A stretch of DNA of 64,000 bases, taken from an uncultured bacterium (GTDB lineage Bacteria > Patescibacteriota > JACMRA01). The DNA lies in NCBI GenBank assembly GCA_963704645.1, contig OY969926.1, forward strand, positions 1,120,001-1,184,000, read 5' to 3'. Of the stretch, positions 1-11,144 are shown one piece after another (positions within the stretch are counted from its first letter, which is position 1; every line of letters begins with the position of its first letter). Both the position numbers and the translations under genes were made by a program. A model generated the notes under the pieces. It was given only the letters and a program-made list of their open reading frames with translations, did no database searches and had not been told where the DNA came from.

Positions 1-87
1 TGTTAGCAATTATGTCTATTTTGATGGTATTACCCAAGCTATTTGTCAATGTTTGACATTCACCCCAACTAAAGAGAACTTGATTGC

Positions 88-864
88 ATGAACAAATACG
101 TTTTAATTACAGGCGCCAGTACAGGAATTGGATATGAACTATCCAGAGTTGCCGCATCGAACAAATATAATTTAATTTTAGTTGCAAGAAACTTAAGCAA
201 ATTGGAACAATTGAAGTTGGAAATAGAAAAAAAATTTGGCGTAAACGTTGAAATAATTTCGTCTGACCTATCTTTCAAACAATCTCCTAAAGAAATATAT
301 AATTTGGTGAAAAGAAATAACTGGCCGGTTGAAATTTTAATTAACAATGCTGGGTTTGGAAGCAATGGCAGGTTTGACACACTAGATTTCCAAAACGAAA
401 TGGACGAGTTGCAAGTAAATGTAGCCAGCTTAATGGAAATGTGTCATTTATTTATTCCAGACTTAATTAAAATGGGGAATGGTAAAATTATGAATGTTGG
501 GTCTATAGCTGGCTTTGCACCTGGACCTTACATGGCTACTTACTATTCTACCAAGGCCTTTGTTAAAAGTTTTTCCATGGCATTAAATGAAGAATTAAAA
601 GACGTTGGAGTTACTGTTTCAGTGCTTTGTCCTGGCGCTACCAAATCTGAATTTTTCAATAGAGCAAAATTTGCACAACATATGTCTTCTTCAAAAATGA
701 TGATGAGTGCAGAAAAAGTTGCCCAAATTGGCTGGAAAGATATGATGAAAGGTAAAGCTATTACAATTTCAGGAATATCTAACCTAATAACAATTTCTTT
801 GATTAAACATTTGCCAGAAACATTTTTGGCTAAAATAATGAAGACTTTTAATCAGTATAAGTAA
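88..864 (+). CDS. Short-chain dehydrogenase/reductase (SDR)
   Basis: TGASTGIG Rossmann motif, LINNAG, catalytic YxxxK (YYSTK). Confidence 0.93.
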   Translation: MNKYVLITGASTGIGYELSRVAASNKYNLILVARNLSKLEQLKLEIEKKFGVNVEIISSDLSFKQSPKEIYNLVKRNNWPVEILINNAGFGSNGRFDTLDFQNEMDELQVNVASLMEMCHLFIPDLIKMGNGKIMNVGSIAGFAPGPYMATYYSTKAFVKSFSMALNEELKDVGVTVSVLCPGATKSEFFNRAKFAQHMSSSKMMMSAEKVAQIGWKDMMKGKAITISGISNLITISLIKHLPETFLAKIMKTFNQYK

Positions 865-868
865 AATA

Positions 869-2167
869 CTATCCCTTAGTAATTAGAACTGAAATTCCAC
901 CGACTACCAACACTACGGTAATAATAACTAAAACTACTCTCCAACCCTGATTTTCCACTTGGGGTATTTGGGAAGAGCTTTCATTTAGTTTAGGAGCAAA
1001 AATAACATCTATAGAATCTACTGCTTCTGGGGAAAGTTTGGTAAAATTCTTATTAACAAGCTGAACCTTAATAGTTTTTCTACCTTCAATTGTATCGCTT
1101 AATCCAATTTCGTTTAAGGTGAAGTCAGTTTTTGACCACAGAGTTTTCAATGGTTTGTTGTCTACATAAATTTGTAAATAGCCTTTCGTATCTTCGTTAT
1201 CATCTTTGGTAGCTTCAGTTAAAACAGTAAAATTATCTACCTGAACCAAAAACTTTTGATCTCCATCTACTGTTAAATTGGTTCTGTCTTTGCGAGGTTC
1301 AGTAATAGTTATTTTTGGCAAACCAACATCCAAACTTCCACTATAATTACTTCTTACTTGTAGAGAATTTCTATAATTTAAAACATTGCCGTTGGTTTGG
1401 GTTAGAACAAAAATTAAATTAGTGCTAAGTCCGTCTGGAATTCTACTAGATTCTAAATCACGAGTGTTGAATCTTACATAAATTTTCCCCTCAATGCTTT
1501 GAGAAACACTGAAAATACCTAGCCTGTTTTGATCTAAAATTTCGTTAACATAAACATTTAGCTTACCTCTGTTGGGCAATCTACTATCAGAATTTTCTAA
1601 CTCAAAATTGGTTAGCTGCAATGTAACATCTTTATCTGCCCCTCTTCCAATAACTGAATTTGGTGAGGGTTCTAGAACCTGTATTGATGGTAAATTACTT
1701 GAATTTTTAAACTTGAAAGTGAATAAAACTTTGGTAGGCTGAGCAGGAAAACGATTAGTTGAATCTATGTAAACAAATAGAATTTTATTACTACCTTCAG
1801 CCAATTTAGACCTTAAACTTAAAATAGGTAAGGGACTGGATCCAAATTCTGTAATTAGATTTGTGTCTTGGGAATCATCATTTAAATATATTTTTAAATA
1901 ACCCCCTCCCCTAGCTGGAGCATCTTTATATTTCAAATTCAAATCTGTTCCAGACCAGCCATATTTAATATCGTCGTCTAGGTTTAGCTCATTGTCGTAA
2001 GTATAACTGTTGTTTGCCTCTTTCCTTGTGTTTTCAGATTTCCCATCTTTAGTTACTTTACTAATAGCTAGATTAATAGGATTGGTAGCAGATTGGGCAA
2101 CAGCTGCCAGCGGCGTTCCAATTAAAATTGAACATAAAAAAACTATAAGCAAACCCTTGTAAGGCAT
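869..2167 (-). CDS. Hypothetical exported protein with C-terminal membrane anchor
   Basis: N-terminal signal peptide, repeated beta-rich segments (PSIQVLEP / PKITITEP ... GYLQIYVD), C-terminal hydrophobic helix. Confidence 0.7.
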   Translation of the reverse strand: MPYKGLLIVFLCSILIGTPLAAVAQSATNPINLAISKVTKDGKSENTRKEANNSYTYDNELNLDDDIKYGWSGTDLNLKYKDAPARGGGYLKIYLNDDSQDTNLITEFGSSPLPILSLRSKLAEGSNKILFVYIDSTNRFPAQPTKVLFTFKFKNSSNLPSIQVLEPSPNSVIGRGADKDVTLQLTNFELENSDSRLPNRGKLNVYVNEILDQNRLGIFSVSQSIEGKIYVRFNTRDLESSRIPDGLSTNLIFVLTQTNGNVLNYRNSLQVRSNYSGSLDVGLPKITITEPRKDRTNLTVDGDQKFLVQVDNFTVLTEATKDDNEDTKGYLQIYVDNKPLKTLWSKTDFTLNEIGLSDTIEGRKTIKVQLVNKNFTKLSPEAVDSIDVIFAPKLNESSSQIPQVENQGWRVVLVIITVVLVVGGISVLITKG

Positions 2168-2194
2168 ATTAAATAAACACTGATCTGGCCTAGA

Positions 2195-3160
2195 CTATTT
2201 GTCAACAGTTTGGTCAATCCAACCGTGAAGCAAACGCAAATTGCCCAATTCGTCTTTATAAATTGATGTTTGTGTATATAATTTTTGCAAAATTTCTTGA
2301 GCCTCTAAAATATTTCTTGGGTCTAATTCCAAAATTATTTCCGCTGGTTTTAAGCTAGAATTTTTACCAATCTGCTTAATTAGTTTTCGGAATAAATCCA
2401 ACCCATCTTCCCCAGAAAAAATAGCTTTTTTAGGCTCATGTTGAATTTTATTTTGCTCTGAAATTTCAATATCTTTAGTGGGAACATAAGGCAAGTTTGA
2501 AACCAAAATATATGGTTGGTTGGAAATTAAATTTTTAAGTAAAAAGTTTGAAAGTAGGTTTGATTGAAAGAATTTAACATTACTGATTTGATTGTCATGA
2601 GCGTTTTGCACGGCAATTTTTATAACATTTTTGGAATAATCCGTTAGTACAACTTCCGGGAACATTTTGGCCAAATATAAACCAATTAAACCAGAACCAC
2701 AGCCAACATCTAACAAAAGATTAATGTTTGAAGATTTAATATGCAAGTCCTCCAAGCTTAAAATTTTATTATTACTAACTAAGCTTTCAACGTTTTTTAA
2801 TGGAGGTAATTGATCTATAGATTTATTAGAGATACTCGATATTGGTTGCACTCTTTCATGTAAAGTATTTTTGGAAATTGCCTCTAACCATTCTACAGTT
2901 TCTGGGCGAGGAATTAAAATATTTTTATTTAGTTTTAGTTTCAAGTCTAAAATTTCCACATGTCCCAAAACATAGTCCAAAGGAAAACCCTGTCTGTATA
3001 ATTCAAGTTTAGAGTTTAGATCGGATAATATTTTCAGGCTACGAGCTTTTGGCGAAGAGCTATTTTTTTTATATTCAGCAAGCTTCAAAGCAACATCCTC
3101 TGCAGTACATTTTAGTACATAAGCAGCAATTTTTAGTTCGTTAATATTATTAATATACAT
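2195..3160 (-). CDS. prmC: Release factor glutamine methyltransferase (HemK/PrmC)
   Basis: G.PLDYVLG, LIPRPET, LDVGCGSG, NLPY motifs; start moved to ATG 3160 because the upstream extension looks non-coding. Confidence 0.85.
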   Translation of the reverse strand: MYINNINELKIAAYVLKCTAEDVALKLAEYKKNSSSPKARSLKILSDLNSKLELYRQGFPLDYVLGHVEILDLKLKLNKNILIPRPETVEWLEAISKNTLHERVQPISSISNKSIDQLPPLKNVESLVSNNKILSLEDLHIKSSNINLLLDVGCGSGLIGLYLAKMFPEVVLTDYSKNVIKIAVQNAHDNQISNVKFFQSNLLSNFLLKNLISNQPYILVSNLPYVPTKDIEISEQNKIQHEPKKAIFSGEDGLDLFRKLIKQIGKNSSLKPAEIILELDPRNILEAQEILQKLYTQTSIYKDELGNLRLLHGWIDQTVDK

Positions 3161-3522
3161 GATCAGAAATAAGTAAAAAATTAAATTGGTTTTGATTGTT
3201 TTAGAAAATAATGATTCAGCGTTCTCAAGTTTATTACAATTCTCAGTTTTAGATTTTGAATGTAAACACCTGTGCATTAATCTTTTTTACAAAGTAAGAT
3301 TTAAATTTCTTTTCCGCAAGTTTAAATTCTAGGCCAATTACAATTTATAACATGAAAAACCTAGTGTACGGTGTGGATTCAGGTGTTTTCTTAGAGCCTA
3401 TTATGTTTCCACTTATCTCTATCCTAAGTGTGTGAAATAAGGAAAAAACATATTCAAAAGTTTTTAAAAAGTGCGCATTACCAAGCTATATCAGCCGTGT
3501 TTTGAACAGTAAGATTTAATCT

Positions 3523-3551
3523 TTGACAGATGCTTTTTTTCGTGCTATACC
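3523..3551 (+). promoter_or_regulatory. Sigma70-type promoter of the amidase gene
   Basis: TTGACA-17 bp (ending TGC)-TATACC; the ORF-track TTG start is this -35 box. Confidence 0.6.
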
Positions 3552-3576
3552 CGCTCAAATTAAAGTTTGTTACAAT

Positions 3577-5052
3577 ATGTTAAATTCTCAATTTGAATAC
3601 CTTAGATCACCTAATTCTATAACTATAGCAGCAGGACATGGCGGAAGAGACCCTGGAGCAGTTTTTGGTGGAGACGTTGAAGCTCAAGATACAATTTTTA
3701 TGACCAAACGTATTGCAGATAATTTAAGGAGATGGGGGGTGGAAGTGAACTTGGTTCCAGATGATTTAGATTTAGTTGGGGCAATAAATTATATAAATTC
3801 TAAGTTTCAATGGGGGCAAACTTGGGCATTGGAAATACACCGAGATTCAGCAGGTGGAATTTCTCAACAAACACCTAACACACGAACTGGTGTGTACGGA
3901 TTTGGACAATACACTGGGCAAGACGGAAAGTTTTACAATGAAGATGTAAGAAGTATGAGCATTGCCCGTTTCATGAGAGACAAAATGGTGCAATTAGGTG
4001 CTGAAGTTAGCTCTTGGGCTAGACCAGACAGTGTTGCTACTTATGGTAGACTGGGCTGGATTAGAGACACCAAACCAGCAGCGCATTTAATTGAACTTGG
4101 TTTTGTGCAAGGTTTATACACCCCAGAACATTTAACTTGGCTAGCAGATATAGCCAGCGTAGCAATTTACGAAGCCTTCACCGGAAAAACAGCTCCATCA
4201 GGAACAACAAATTCAAATAACAATTCCAACCCAACCCCCAATATGTCAGAAGCAGATAAAATTTCAGTAGCTATTTTAGGAAATTACCGTGACCTACCTT
4301 TAGACATTCCTTCTTTACAAAACTTGTGGACACAGCATTCAGACCAAGCATTAGATCAAATTTTAGCTTCCTTCAGAAAAAACTTAACCGAATTTAGAAT
4401 GGTGTCTTTGCAAAAAGATCAGTGGATTGCTGAACGTGACCAAAGCATAATTAGTTTACAAAACTCTAAGGGAACCGCTTCGCCACAGTTAGACCAAATT
4501 AGACAAGAACTTGCAATTTCCAATCAGCAAAGAGAAAATTATAGGTTGCAACTAGCTAATTTAGTTTCTAATTACGATCAACTTCAAACAGAATTGGCCA
4601 ATTTAAAAAGAGGCTCCGTTACTCCATTAAACGCTTCATTAACCACCAGCGGTTTTTCAAGAACCAGCCTTGCCAGCTTTAACGGAAACTCAACCAGCGG
4701 AGCAAATACTCCCCAACAAAATTTACAGGTACCAATTCAGAATATGAATCAGCCTGTGAATCAATCTGGCATTAATTCTAGTAATAAACCGTTTTGGCAA
4801 AGTAAAAAATTTGGGGCAAACTTATTGAACACAGTTTCTTCAATAGCATTAATTACCTGGCAAACAGCCCAAATAAAACCAGAAGACGATTGGGCAATTA
4901 TTGGCACAAAACTAGGAACAGCTTTAGCTGGGGTGTTGGGAATTTCCTTTGTATCAAATCAATACATTAGAGCCCAGGGCAAGGTGGACGAAGCCTCTTT
5001 TGCCGGAGTAGCAACCAATATTTTACAACAATTTCTAAAAGGAGGAAAGTAG
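3577..5052 (+). CDS. N-acetylmuramoyl-L-alanine amidase (Amidase_3-like) with coiled coil and C-terminal holin-like membrane domain
   Basis: AGHGGRDPGA, E, LEIHRD and LIELGF Zn/catalytic motifs; heptad-rich middle; two C-terminal hydrophobic segments. Confidence 0.8.
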   Translation: MLNSQFEYLRSPNSITIAAGHGGRDPGAVFGGDVEAQDTIFMTKRIADNLRRWGVEVNLVPDDLDLVGAINYINSKFQWGQTWALEIHRDSAGGISQQTPNTRTGVYGFGQYTGQDGKFYNEDVRSMSIARFMRDKMVQLGAEVSSWARPDSVATYGRLGWIRDTKPAAHLIELGFVQGLYTPEHLTWLADIASVAIYEAFTGKTAPSGTTNSNNNSNPTPNMSEADKISVAILGNYRDLPLDIPSLQNLWTQHSDQALDQILASFRKNLTEFRMVSLQKDQWIAERDQSIISLQNSKGTASPQLDQIRQELAISNQQRENYRLQLANLVSNYDQLQTELANLKRGSVTPLNASLTTSGFSRTSLASFNGNSTSGANTPQQNLQVPIQNMNQPVNQSGINSSNKPFWQSKKFGANLLNTVSSIALITWQTAQIKPEDDWAIIGTKLGTALAGVLGISFVSNQYIRAQGKVDEASFAGVATNILQQFLKGGK

Positions 5053-5297
5053 CAAATATATATAGCTACAAATCAAACTAAACAAAGGCTTTAAAGTATA
5101 AGCCAGTTAATTCGTTAAAGAAAATAACTTGTTAAGCCTACCTCAAGTATTTTTACATAAAACAAACAATAAGATACACTAGGGGCAGGACTAAAGGTTG
5201 GATAGAAGGAAGGAAAGTTTAATAATAAGCTAAGGCTTAATACAAGACTAATACTTTATAGAAACAACCATAATCAAAAAAAAATCAAAACAAAAAC

Positions 5298-8200
5298 ATG
5301 TCTAGTATAAACACTAAACCTAATTCTGGTATTGAATCTAAACCATTTCAAAAAAATACAAGTAATAAAAATATATTTAACTTTCTTAAAAAGAAACCAT
5401 CTAAAATATTACAATTTAGTTTTATTGCTCTAGTGTTGGGTATAATTAGTTTAGCAGCCTATTCAAGTTTAAATAATGGAAGAAATGTAGCTTTTGCAGC
5501 AAACGACCCAGTAATAAGCTTAGCCTTATCTCAAAAGTCTGGAACAGCTCCTTTTGACTCGGGAACTTGTACAACCGGTGGAACAAGCTACACACCAGGA
5601 CAAGATGTTTGTGATGCAGATAATGTTGTTAGAACTTTAGATACTGTGGAGTATACTTGGACGGTGTCTGTTACTAGCGACCCTGCAAATAATGTTACTG
5701 TGGTTCAGACATTGCCTTCACAGATGATTTGGAATTCAGCTACTCTTCCTGTATTTTGTAGAACAGGAGCAGGATTTAACCCCCAATCTAGCTACAGTGG
5801 CCAGACACTTACTTGTAATCTAGGGTCTTTTACAGCCGGAACTTCTACTACAACAAATTATGACCAGATATTTGCTAAGGTTAAAGGAGATAATCTTAAC
5901 TCTACAAATATATTGACAGCACCAATTACTGCCAATGCTGATTCTAATGTTACAGCCGGTACTAGGACAGCTAACTCAACTTCTAATACCTTAAGTCCAT
6001 TGGCAATTAGTGCATCACCTAGATATGATTTAGTAGTTTTTACAACCAACCCTTCTGAATATTCAATAAGAAATAATCCTCAAGGAGATGTAGGCATAGT
6101 TGTGTCTGGAGTTGCCTCAATTAAATTACAAGGAAAAGGTGTTGAAATGCCCCAACAACCGTTTAGTTTTAACTTGGGACTTGAATATCTAACACCTGTA
6201 TCATCTGGCCAAACTTATTCAGGCGCTAAACTATATGATTGGGACACAAATTTGCTTGGTTGCTCAGGGACAGTAAACACTGTAGGCGCAGCGGATTATC
6301 CATCAAAAAATTTAAACTGCACCCAAACCGCACCTGGCGACACTGTATCCCTAATAGTAAATAATCAAGACTTGTCTGGTACAAATGCACCTGCTACAAT
6401 TTTCGCCAATGTTGTAAACTTTCCTAACATAGACATATTTTCACAGAAAGTTCGTTTTTGGATACCCAAGACTGATTTTGATAAATTATCTGGAACAAAT
6501 TTTCAGTTTAGAGCTGTAGGATCAAATTTTAATCCAGTGAGTATTTCTGGTGGTTCAAATAATGGCACTGGAATAGAATCAAATACCTTGAACAACGTAG
6601 GGAGTGTTACAACTTTTGGATATAATCCAGCAAACCCTCTCTCTGGTGTATATCAGCTATCAGATTTTGGAGGCCCTTCAGGAGATCTTAGAATATCTTC
6701 TGGCTTTCAGGTTTACACACTAAATGAATTAGGTAGAATAAGTGTAACACTTCTCAGTGCTGGATTGTTTAACACAGAAAATGCTTTAGATTTATGTACA
6801 GCAATTGACCCAACAATAGGTAGAGTGGCCGGGGATGTAGCTCTTCCAGCAGACCCTCAAAACATATATGCAGATTTTTCTAATTCAATAATTGAGTATG
6901 CGAATGTGAATGGATTTCCAGCCACCTCTTGTGACGACATAGGAACAACATGGGTTACTTCCCCAAACATTTCAAGCATAGGAGGTTTTGATAATGTCAC
7001 TCGAGTAAGAATTAAAAATATAAACAGACTTTCTCCTGGTATTCAGACTATTTTAAATATACCTTTTAGGTTTAACAATTCAGTACCGAACTTAGATGTT
7101 TTAGTCAGTCCTTATCAAACAATAATTAAATCTGCTACTGCCACAGCTGGGAATTGGCAAATAGTCGGCCAAAGTAGAGAAAAAATAGTTGTTAAAATGA
7201 TACCAAGGGTAAATTTTTCTATTTTAAATGATACTCCAAACAACAATACAACTACAGTACTTTTGAACAATCCAGCTGGTGGTAGTAACACTGTAAAATA
7301 CTCTTTAAAATATGGTAGTTTTTCCCAAACTTCAAATACAACTGACACCACTAGTATTTCATACAGACTTAGACTTCCAAAAGGCCAAATTTATTTAGTA
7401 GGTTCAAGTAGGCAAGGAGTGCCTACAGTTATGGCAGCCGGGCAGCCCGCTGAGACAAGTAATTTATTTGAACCAAGTAGTATAATTACTAATCTAGATG
7501 GAACTCAAGATATTCAATGGGACATATCTAATCTGCCTCTAAATAATCCTCAAAGTACTTATCCGAACTTGACTTTTAAAACTGTTGTTTCAGCTTTTAC
7601 ACCAAATGGCTCCATATTAAGTAATTCTGTAACTACTTTGAGTCCAGATTATTTCAATTCCACTGTAAGCCCTGCTTGTGGATCAGGCTGTTCATTACCC
7701 CAATCCACAATAACCGTCCAAAACCTATCCTCCTTCGCGGTAGAACAAGTTCCAAATAATCCACTGATTGAAAAGAATAAAGATCTTGGTTTCACACTTC
7801 GTTATGGTAATTTGGATACACTTAACCCTGTAGCTTCCTCAACGCATATTAATGTATTTCCTTTTAGCGCTCAAACACCACCACGCTCTCCTGCCACCTC
7901 CTTTACAGGTAATCTTGTTTTCAAAGGTTTAGTTGTAGCTCCAAATAGTGCTAGTTCAGACCCTGCTGTGGTTAATACTAATGACAACATAACAGGTGGT
8001 GCTGGTACTGTTCAATATACTAAAGCAGTAAGTAGTAGTAGTATAGCTTCTGATCCATGTGATGTTAGTAACAATCCTGCTGGCTCGCCCGTAAACACTA
8101 ATCCAAGATGTGCTGGTGTAGATGGTTCTGTAATTGGCACAGGAAGCACTATCTGGTGTGATGCTTCTCTAGATCCTGCTACTCCTAGTATTAAAAACTA

Positions 8201-11144
8201 CTCAATCTTAAACAATGCTGGAGTTTATTCTGGAACCAATGGAGCAAACTCTTCAACTTGTCCTACTACTCTTTCTGAAGTAACGGCTTTTAGATTAGTT
8301 ACAGGCTCTCTTCCTATTGCTTCTGGTTCTGGTGGAACTATCTATGAAGTTAAAGCTAACTTTGGTACTAATGGAAATACCAATAGTAATATCTACACTA
8401 ACTTATCTCAAGCCAGAGCTGAAGGTATTGCTACAGTTGCTACATCTAATAGTGCAGTAACCAGAGTAAGTAGTGGAAGTGTAAGTGGAAATATATTTAA
8501 TGATAAAGACAGCAATGGAATAAAAGATATTCTAGCTACTATTCCTAATCCAAACTTTGATCCAGGCCTACCAACTGATCCTATCTCCAACCCTGAAACT
8601 ATCACCAACCCAGAAAGTGACTTTGATCTTAGTGGGGTAAGCGTAGAACTAAGATACGGTACTGGTAATTTAGATGAAAACAACCTTCCAATTGCTGAGG
8701 GAAGTTTAATTACAACTGTAACTACTGATTCAACTGGAAACTACACTTTCCCTAATATCTCAAGCGGTAACTACACCGTAGTTGTACTTCAAAACGGTAT
8801 TCCTCTTTCTATTCAAACTACAGACAAAGACTTTGCATTAGACTTAGCTGCTAATCCAGGCTCTCCAAACAATACTCTTTTAGATAACTCAACGCCAATT
8901 ACTTTAACATATACCAACGGAGTGGGTGTAAACAATATTTCTAATGCAAACTTTGGATACAACCAATACAGCAGACTTACTGGTAAACTTTATGCTGATA
9001 CAAATAACAATGGAATTCAAGATGATGGAAGTGTAAATGGTAACCCAGCTGAACCAGACTTTAACTCTACCACTAATCTAATTCCAACTGGTACCAGTGT
9101 AGTTATTACTTCTACAACAACACCAAGTATTACTTACACTTTAACTACAGCAACATCTTCTACAGTTGTAAGTGGCTTTACTACAGGCAGCATTAACAAC
9201 AGCGGTGTTGGTTCAAGTTTTGGATCCTTTTCTCAAGACTTACCTGTAGGAGAATATACCGTAACTGTTCTTACCGCCAATCCTAAATACATTGTTTCAG
9301 TTTCAACTCAGCTTGGTGATGCTGTTGGAGCTAACCCAAGTACACTAACTGTTAGCTTTGGTCAAACAAGAAGTTCTGGAAATGATGGATTACACCTTGT
9401 TCAAATTCAAAATACAGATATTGACTCTATTGCTTGTAACCCAACTACAACAAATGTTGATACAACCACAGATTGTACTGTTACTTTAGTAGCCGGTAGA
9501 AACTTTAATGCTTTAAGTGGAAGTATAGACTTTAGAATAGGCGATGGAATTGCAGGACAAGGTGGAACTGTTAAAACCTGCTCTATTCCTGTTACTGGTA
9601 ATGGAGGAACTGGCAGTGATGGAACTATTACAGTTACAACTTTAACTTGTACGGGTATAACTGTAGGAAGTAATATTGGTATTTTCCCAGCAAGTTTTAA
9701 AACAAGCAACGATACAACTTTCATTACAGGATCAAGCCCAACTAATATTACAGTAATTAATACAATTCAACCTAGTGATATTGACAGCATAGTTTGCCAA
9801 AGTCCTAAAGTAGTTAATGCAACTACAGACTGTGTTGTTACTCTAACTGCCAATGCCGTAAGTAGTAACAGAGCCTTTAACAATTTAACTGGTAGTATTG
9901 CTCTTAAAATATCTGATGGTATACTTTTAACTTGTCCTAACTTTGCATCGTCTACTTCACCTTTTAACACTCTAAATTGTAATGCAGTTTCTGTAGGAAG
10001 CTTAATAAGTTCTGGAAATGGATATACTGTGAACTATGCTCTTAATGCTAGCACAACTACAACTGACGCACCTAATACTCCAAGTAAAAGCAATTATGTA
10101 GTGGTTAACAATACAATTCAACCTTCTAACCTATCTAGTGTGGTTTGTGATAGTCCTAAACTAATTAACCAAACAACAGACTGTGTAGTTACTTTGGTAA
10201 GTGGAAATAGTTTTGCTAACTTATCTGGTGACATTAAAATTAAGATTAATGATGGACTTGAAACCTCATGCCCTGCCTTCTCTTCCTCAATTACTCCGTT
10301 TAACACCTTAACATGTACAGTAATTCCAGTAGGAACTTTAATTGGAACTTTCAAACCGGCCTATAGTTTAAGTAGTTCAGCAGCAATAGACACATTAAGT
10401 ACTGATGTGGTTGTTTCTAATCCAGTTGATGAAACTATCTTGTCTAATCCATCAACTACAATTAATTGCCAAACAAATCAAATAAACTCTATTACAACTT
10501 GCACTTTCACTCTTCCTACAAATACTACTTTAGCCTCAGGATTAAAACTAGGTATTGGAGATTCTACACCAGCAGGAACTTGTATAGTAACTAATGCAAC
10601 TACAGAAGAAGTAACTTGTACAGGTGTACCAACAGGATCTTTAATAGGGCAACAAATTATTAAAGTGCAGATAGCCTCTGCAGCTGTGGTAGATACAACT
10701 AGTACTGCACTAGTAACAGACACTCCTTGTTCAACAACCAATCCTTGTGCTATTCTAGATTCTAGTCTAACCTACAACCCAACCCAAGCCCTAGCCAAAA
10801 GATATGGAGCTTCTGGTTCTACAAACTCAGATAACCTAATACTAACTCTAAAAGATACAAGATTAGAACAATCTGGATTTACTACAACATGTTCCATAAA
10901 ATATAAATTCAGAACAGATACAAGCTACAGAATATTAACAACAAACTCTACCTACAATAATACTACAGGATGTACAGGAAACCTTCTTAAAGCAAATCAA
11001 CTATTATTCAATGTAGACTTTGAAATAACTGCAATAACTACAAATACAACTACAAACACTACAAAGAACTATCTAATCTATTCCAACTACGATTTCAAAG
11101 CTGGTTCTATTGGAGTTACTTCTATTGGAGGAAGTGGGTTGTAG
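5298..11144 (+). CDS. Giant surface protein (SdrD-B/Cna-like and Cys-paired repeat domains)
   Basis: N-terminal TM; SGNIFNDKDSNG...TTDSTGNYTF SdrD-B-like motif; three ~100-aa Cys repeats (DIDSIxC...TTDCxVTL); T/S/N-rich. Confidence 0.8.
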   Translation: MSSINTKPNSGIESKPFQKNTSNKNIFNFLKKKPSKILQFSFIALVLGIISLAAYSSLNNGRNVAFAANDPVISLALSQKSGTAPFDSGTCTTGGTSYTPGQDVCDADNVVRTLDTVEYTWTVSVTSDPANNVTVVQTLPSQMIWNSATLPVFCRTGAGFNPQSSYSGQTLTCNLGSFTAGTSTTTNYDQIFAKVKGDNLNSTNILTAPITANADSNVTAGTRTANSTSNTLSPLAISASPRYDLVVFTTNPSEYSIRNNPQGDVGIVVSGVASIKLQGKGVEMPQQPFSFNLGLEYLTPVSSGQTYSGAKLYDWDTNLLGCSGTVNTVGAADYPSKNLNCTQTAPGDTVSLIVNNQDLSGTNAPATIFANVVNFPNIDIFSQKVRFWIPKTDFDKLSGTNFQFRAVGSNFNPVSISGGSNNGTGIESNTLNNVGSVTTFGYNPANPLSGVYQLSDFGGPSGDLRISSGFQVYTLNELGRISVTLLSAGLFNTENALDLCTAIDPTIGRVAGDVALPADPQNIYADFSNSIIEYANVNGFPATSCDDIGTTWVTSPNISSIGGFDNVTRVRIKNINRLSPGIQTILNIPFRFNNSVPNLDVLVSPYQTIIKSATATAGNWQIVGQSREKIVVKMIPRVNFSILNDTPNNNTTTVLLNNPAGGSNTVKYSLKYGSFSQTSNTTDTTSISYRLRLPKGQIYLVGSSRQGVPTVMAAGQPAETSNLFEPSSIITNLDGTQDIQWDISNLPLNNPQSTYPNLTFKTVVSAFTPNGSILSNSVTTLSPDYFNSTVSPACGSGCSLPQSTITVQNLSSFAVEQVPNNPLIEKNKDLGFTLRYGNLDTLNPVASSTHINVFPFSAQTPPRSPATSFTGNLVFKGLVVAPNSASSDPAVVNTNDNITGGAGTVQYTKAVSSSSIASDPCDVSNNPAGSPVNTNPRCAGVDGSVIGTGSTIWCDASLDPATPSIKNYSILNNAGVYSGTNGANSSTCPTTLSEVTAFRLVTGSLPIASGSGGTIYEVKANFGTNGNTNSNIYTNLSQARAEGIATVATSNSAVTRVSSGSVSGNIFNDKDSNGIKDILATIPNPNFDPGLPTDPISNPETITNPESDFDLSGVSVELRYGTGNLDENNLPIAEGSLITTVTTDSTGNYTFPNISSGNYTVVVLQNGIPLSIQTTDKDFALDLAANPGSPNNTLLDNSTPITLTYTNGVGVNNISNANFGYNQYSRLTGKLYADTNNNGIQDDGSVNGNPAEPDFNSTTNLIPTGTSVVITSTTTPSITYTLTTATSSTVVSGFTTGSINNSGVGSSFGSFSQDLPVGEYTVTVLTANPKYIVSVSTQLGDAVGANPSTLTVSFGQTRSSGNDGLHLVQIQNTDIDSIACNPTTTNVDTTTDCTVTLVAGRNFNALSGSIDFRIGDGIAGQGGTVKTCSIPVTGNGGTGSDGTITVTTLTCTGITVGSNIGIFPASFKTSNDTTFITGSSPTNITVINTIQPSDIDSIVCQSPKVVNATTDCVVTLTANAVSSNRAFNNLTGSIALKISDGILLTCPNFASSTSPFNTLNCNAVSVGSLISSGNGYTVNYALNASTTTTDAPNTPSKSNYVVVNNTIQPSNLSSVVCDSPKLINQTTDCVVTLVSGNSFANLSGDIKIKINDGLETSCPAFSSSITPFNTLTCTVIPVGTLIGTFKPAYSLSSSAAIDTLSTDVVVSNPVDETILSNPSTTINCQTNQINSITTCTFTLPTNTTLASGLKLGIGDSTPAGTCIVTNATTEEVTCTGVPTGSLIGQQIIKVQIASAAVVDTTSTALVTDTPCSTTNPCAILDSSLTYNPTQALAKRYGASGSTNSDNLILTLKDTRLEQSGFTTTCSIKYKFRTDTSYRILTTNSTYNNTTGCTGNLLKANQLLFNVDFEITAITTNTTTNTTKNYLIYSNYDFKAGSIGVTSIGGSGL

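Noticed and set aside
7695-7915. Second codon-usage anomaly inside the giant surface gene
   Set aside because: Hand count gives only about 21/73 G/C-ending codons, much weaker than the ackA patch and compatible with a mosaic adhesin
5858-10741. Multiple minus-strand ORFs inside the giant surface gene, and similar antisense ORFs inside radA, prx, xfp, hisS and others
   Set aside because: Shadow ORFs caused by codon bias of the real gene; no independent motifs or start signals
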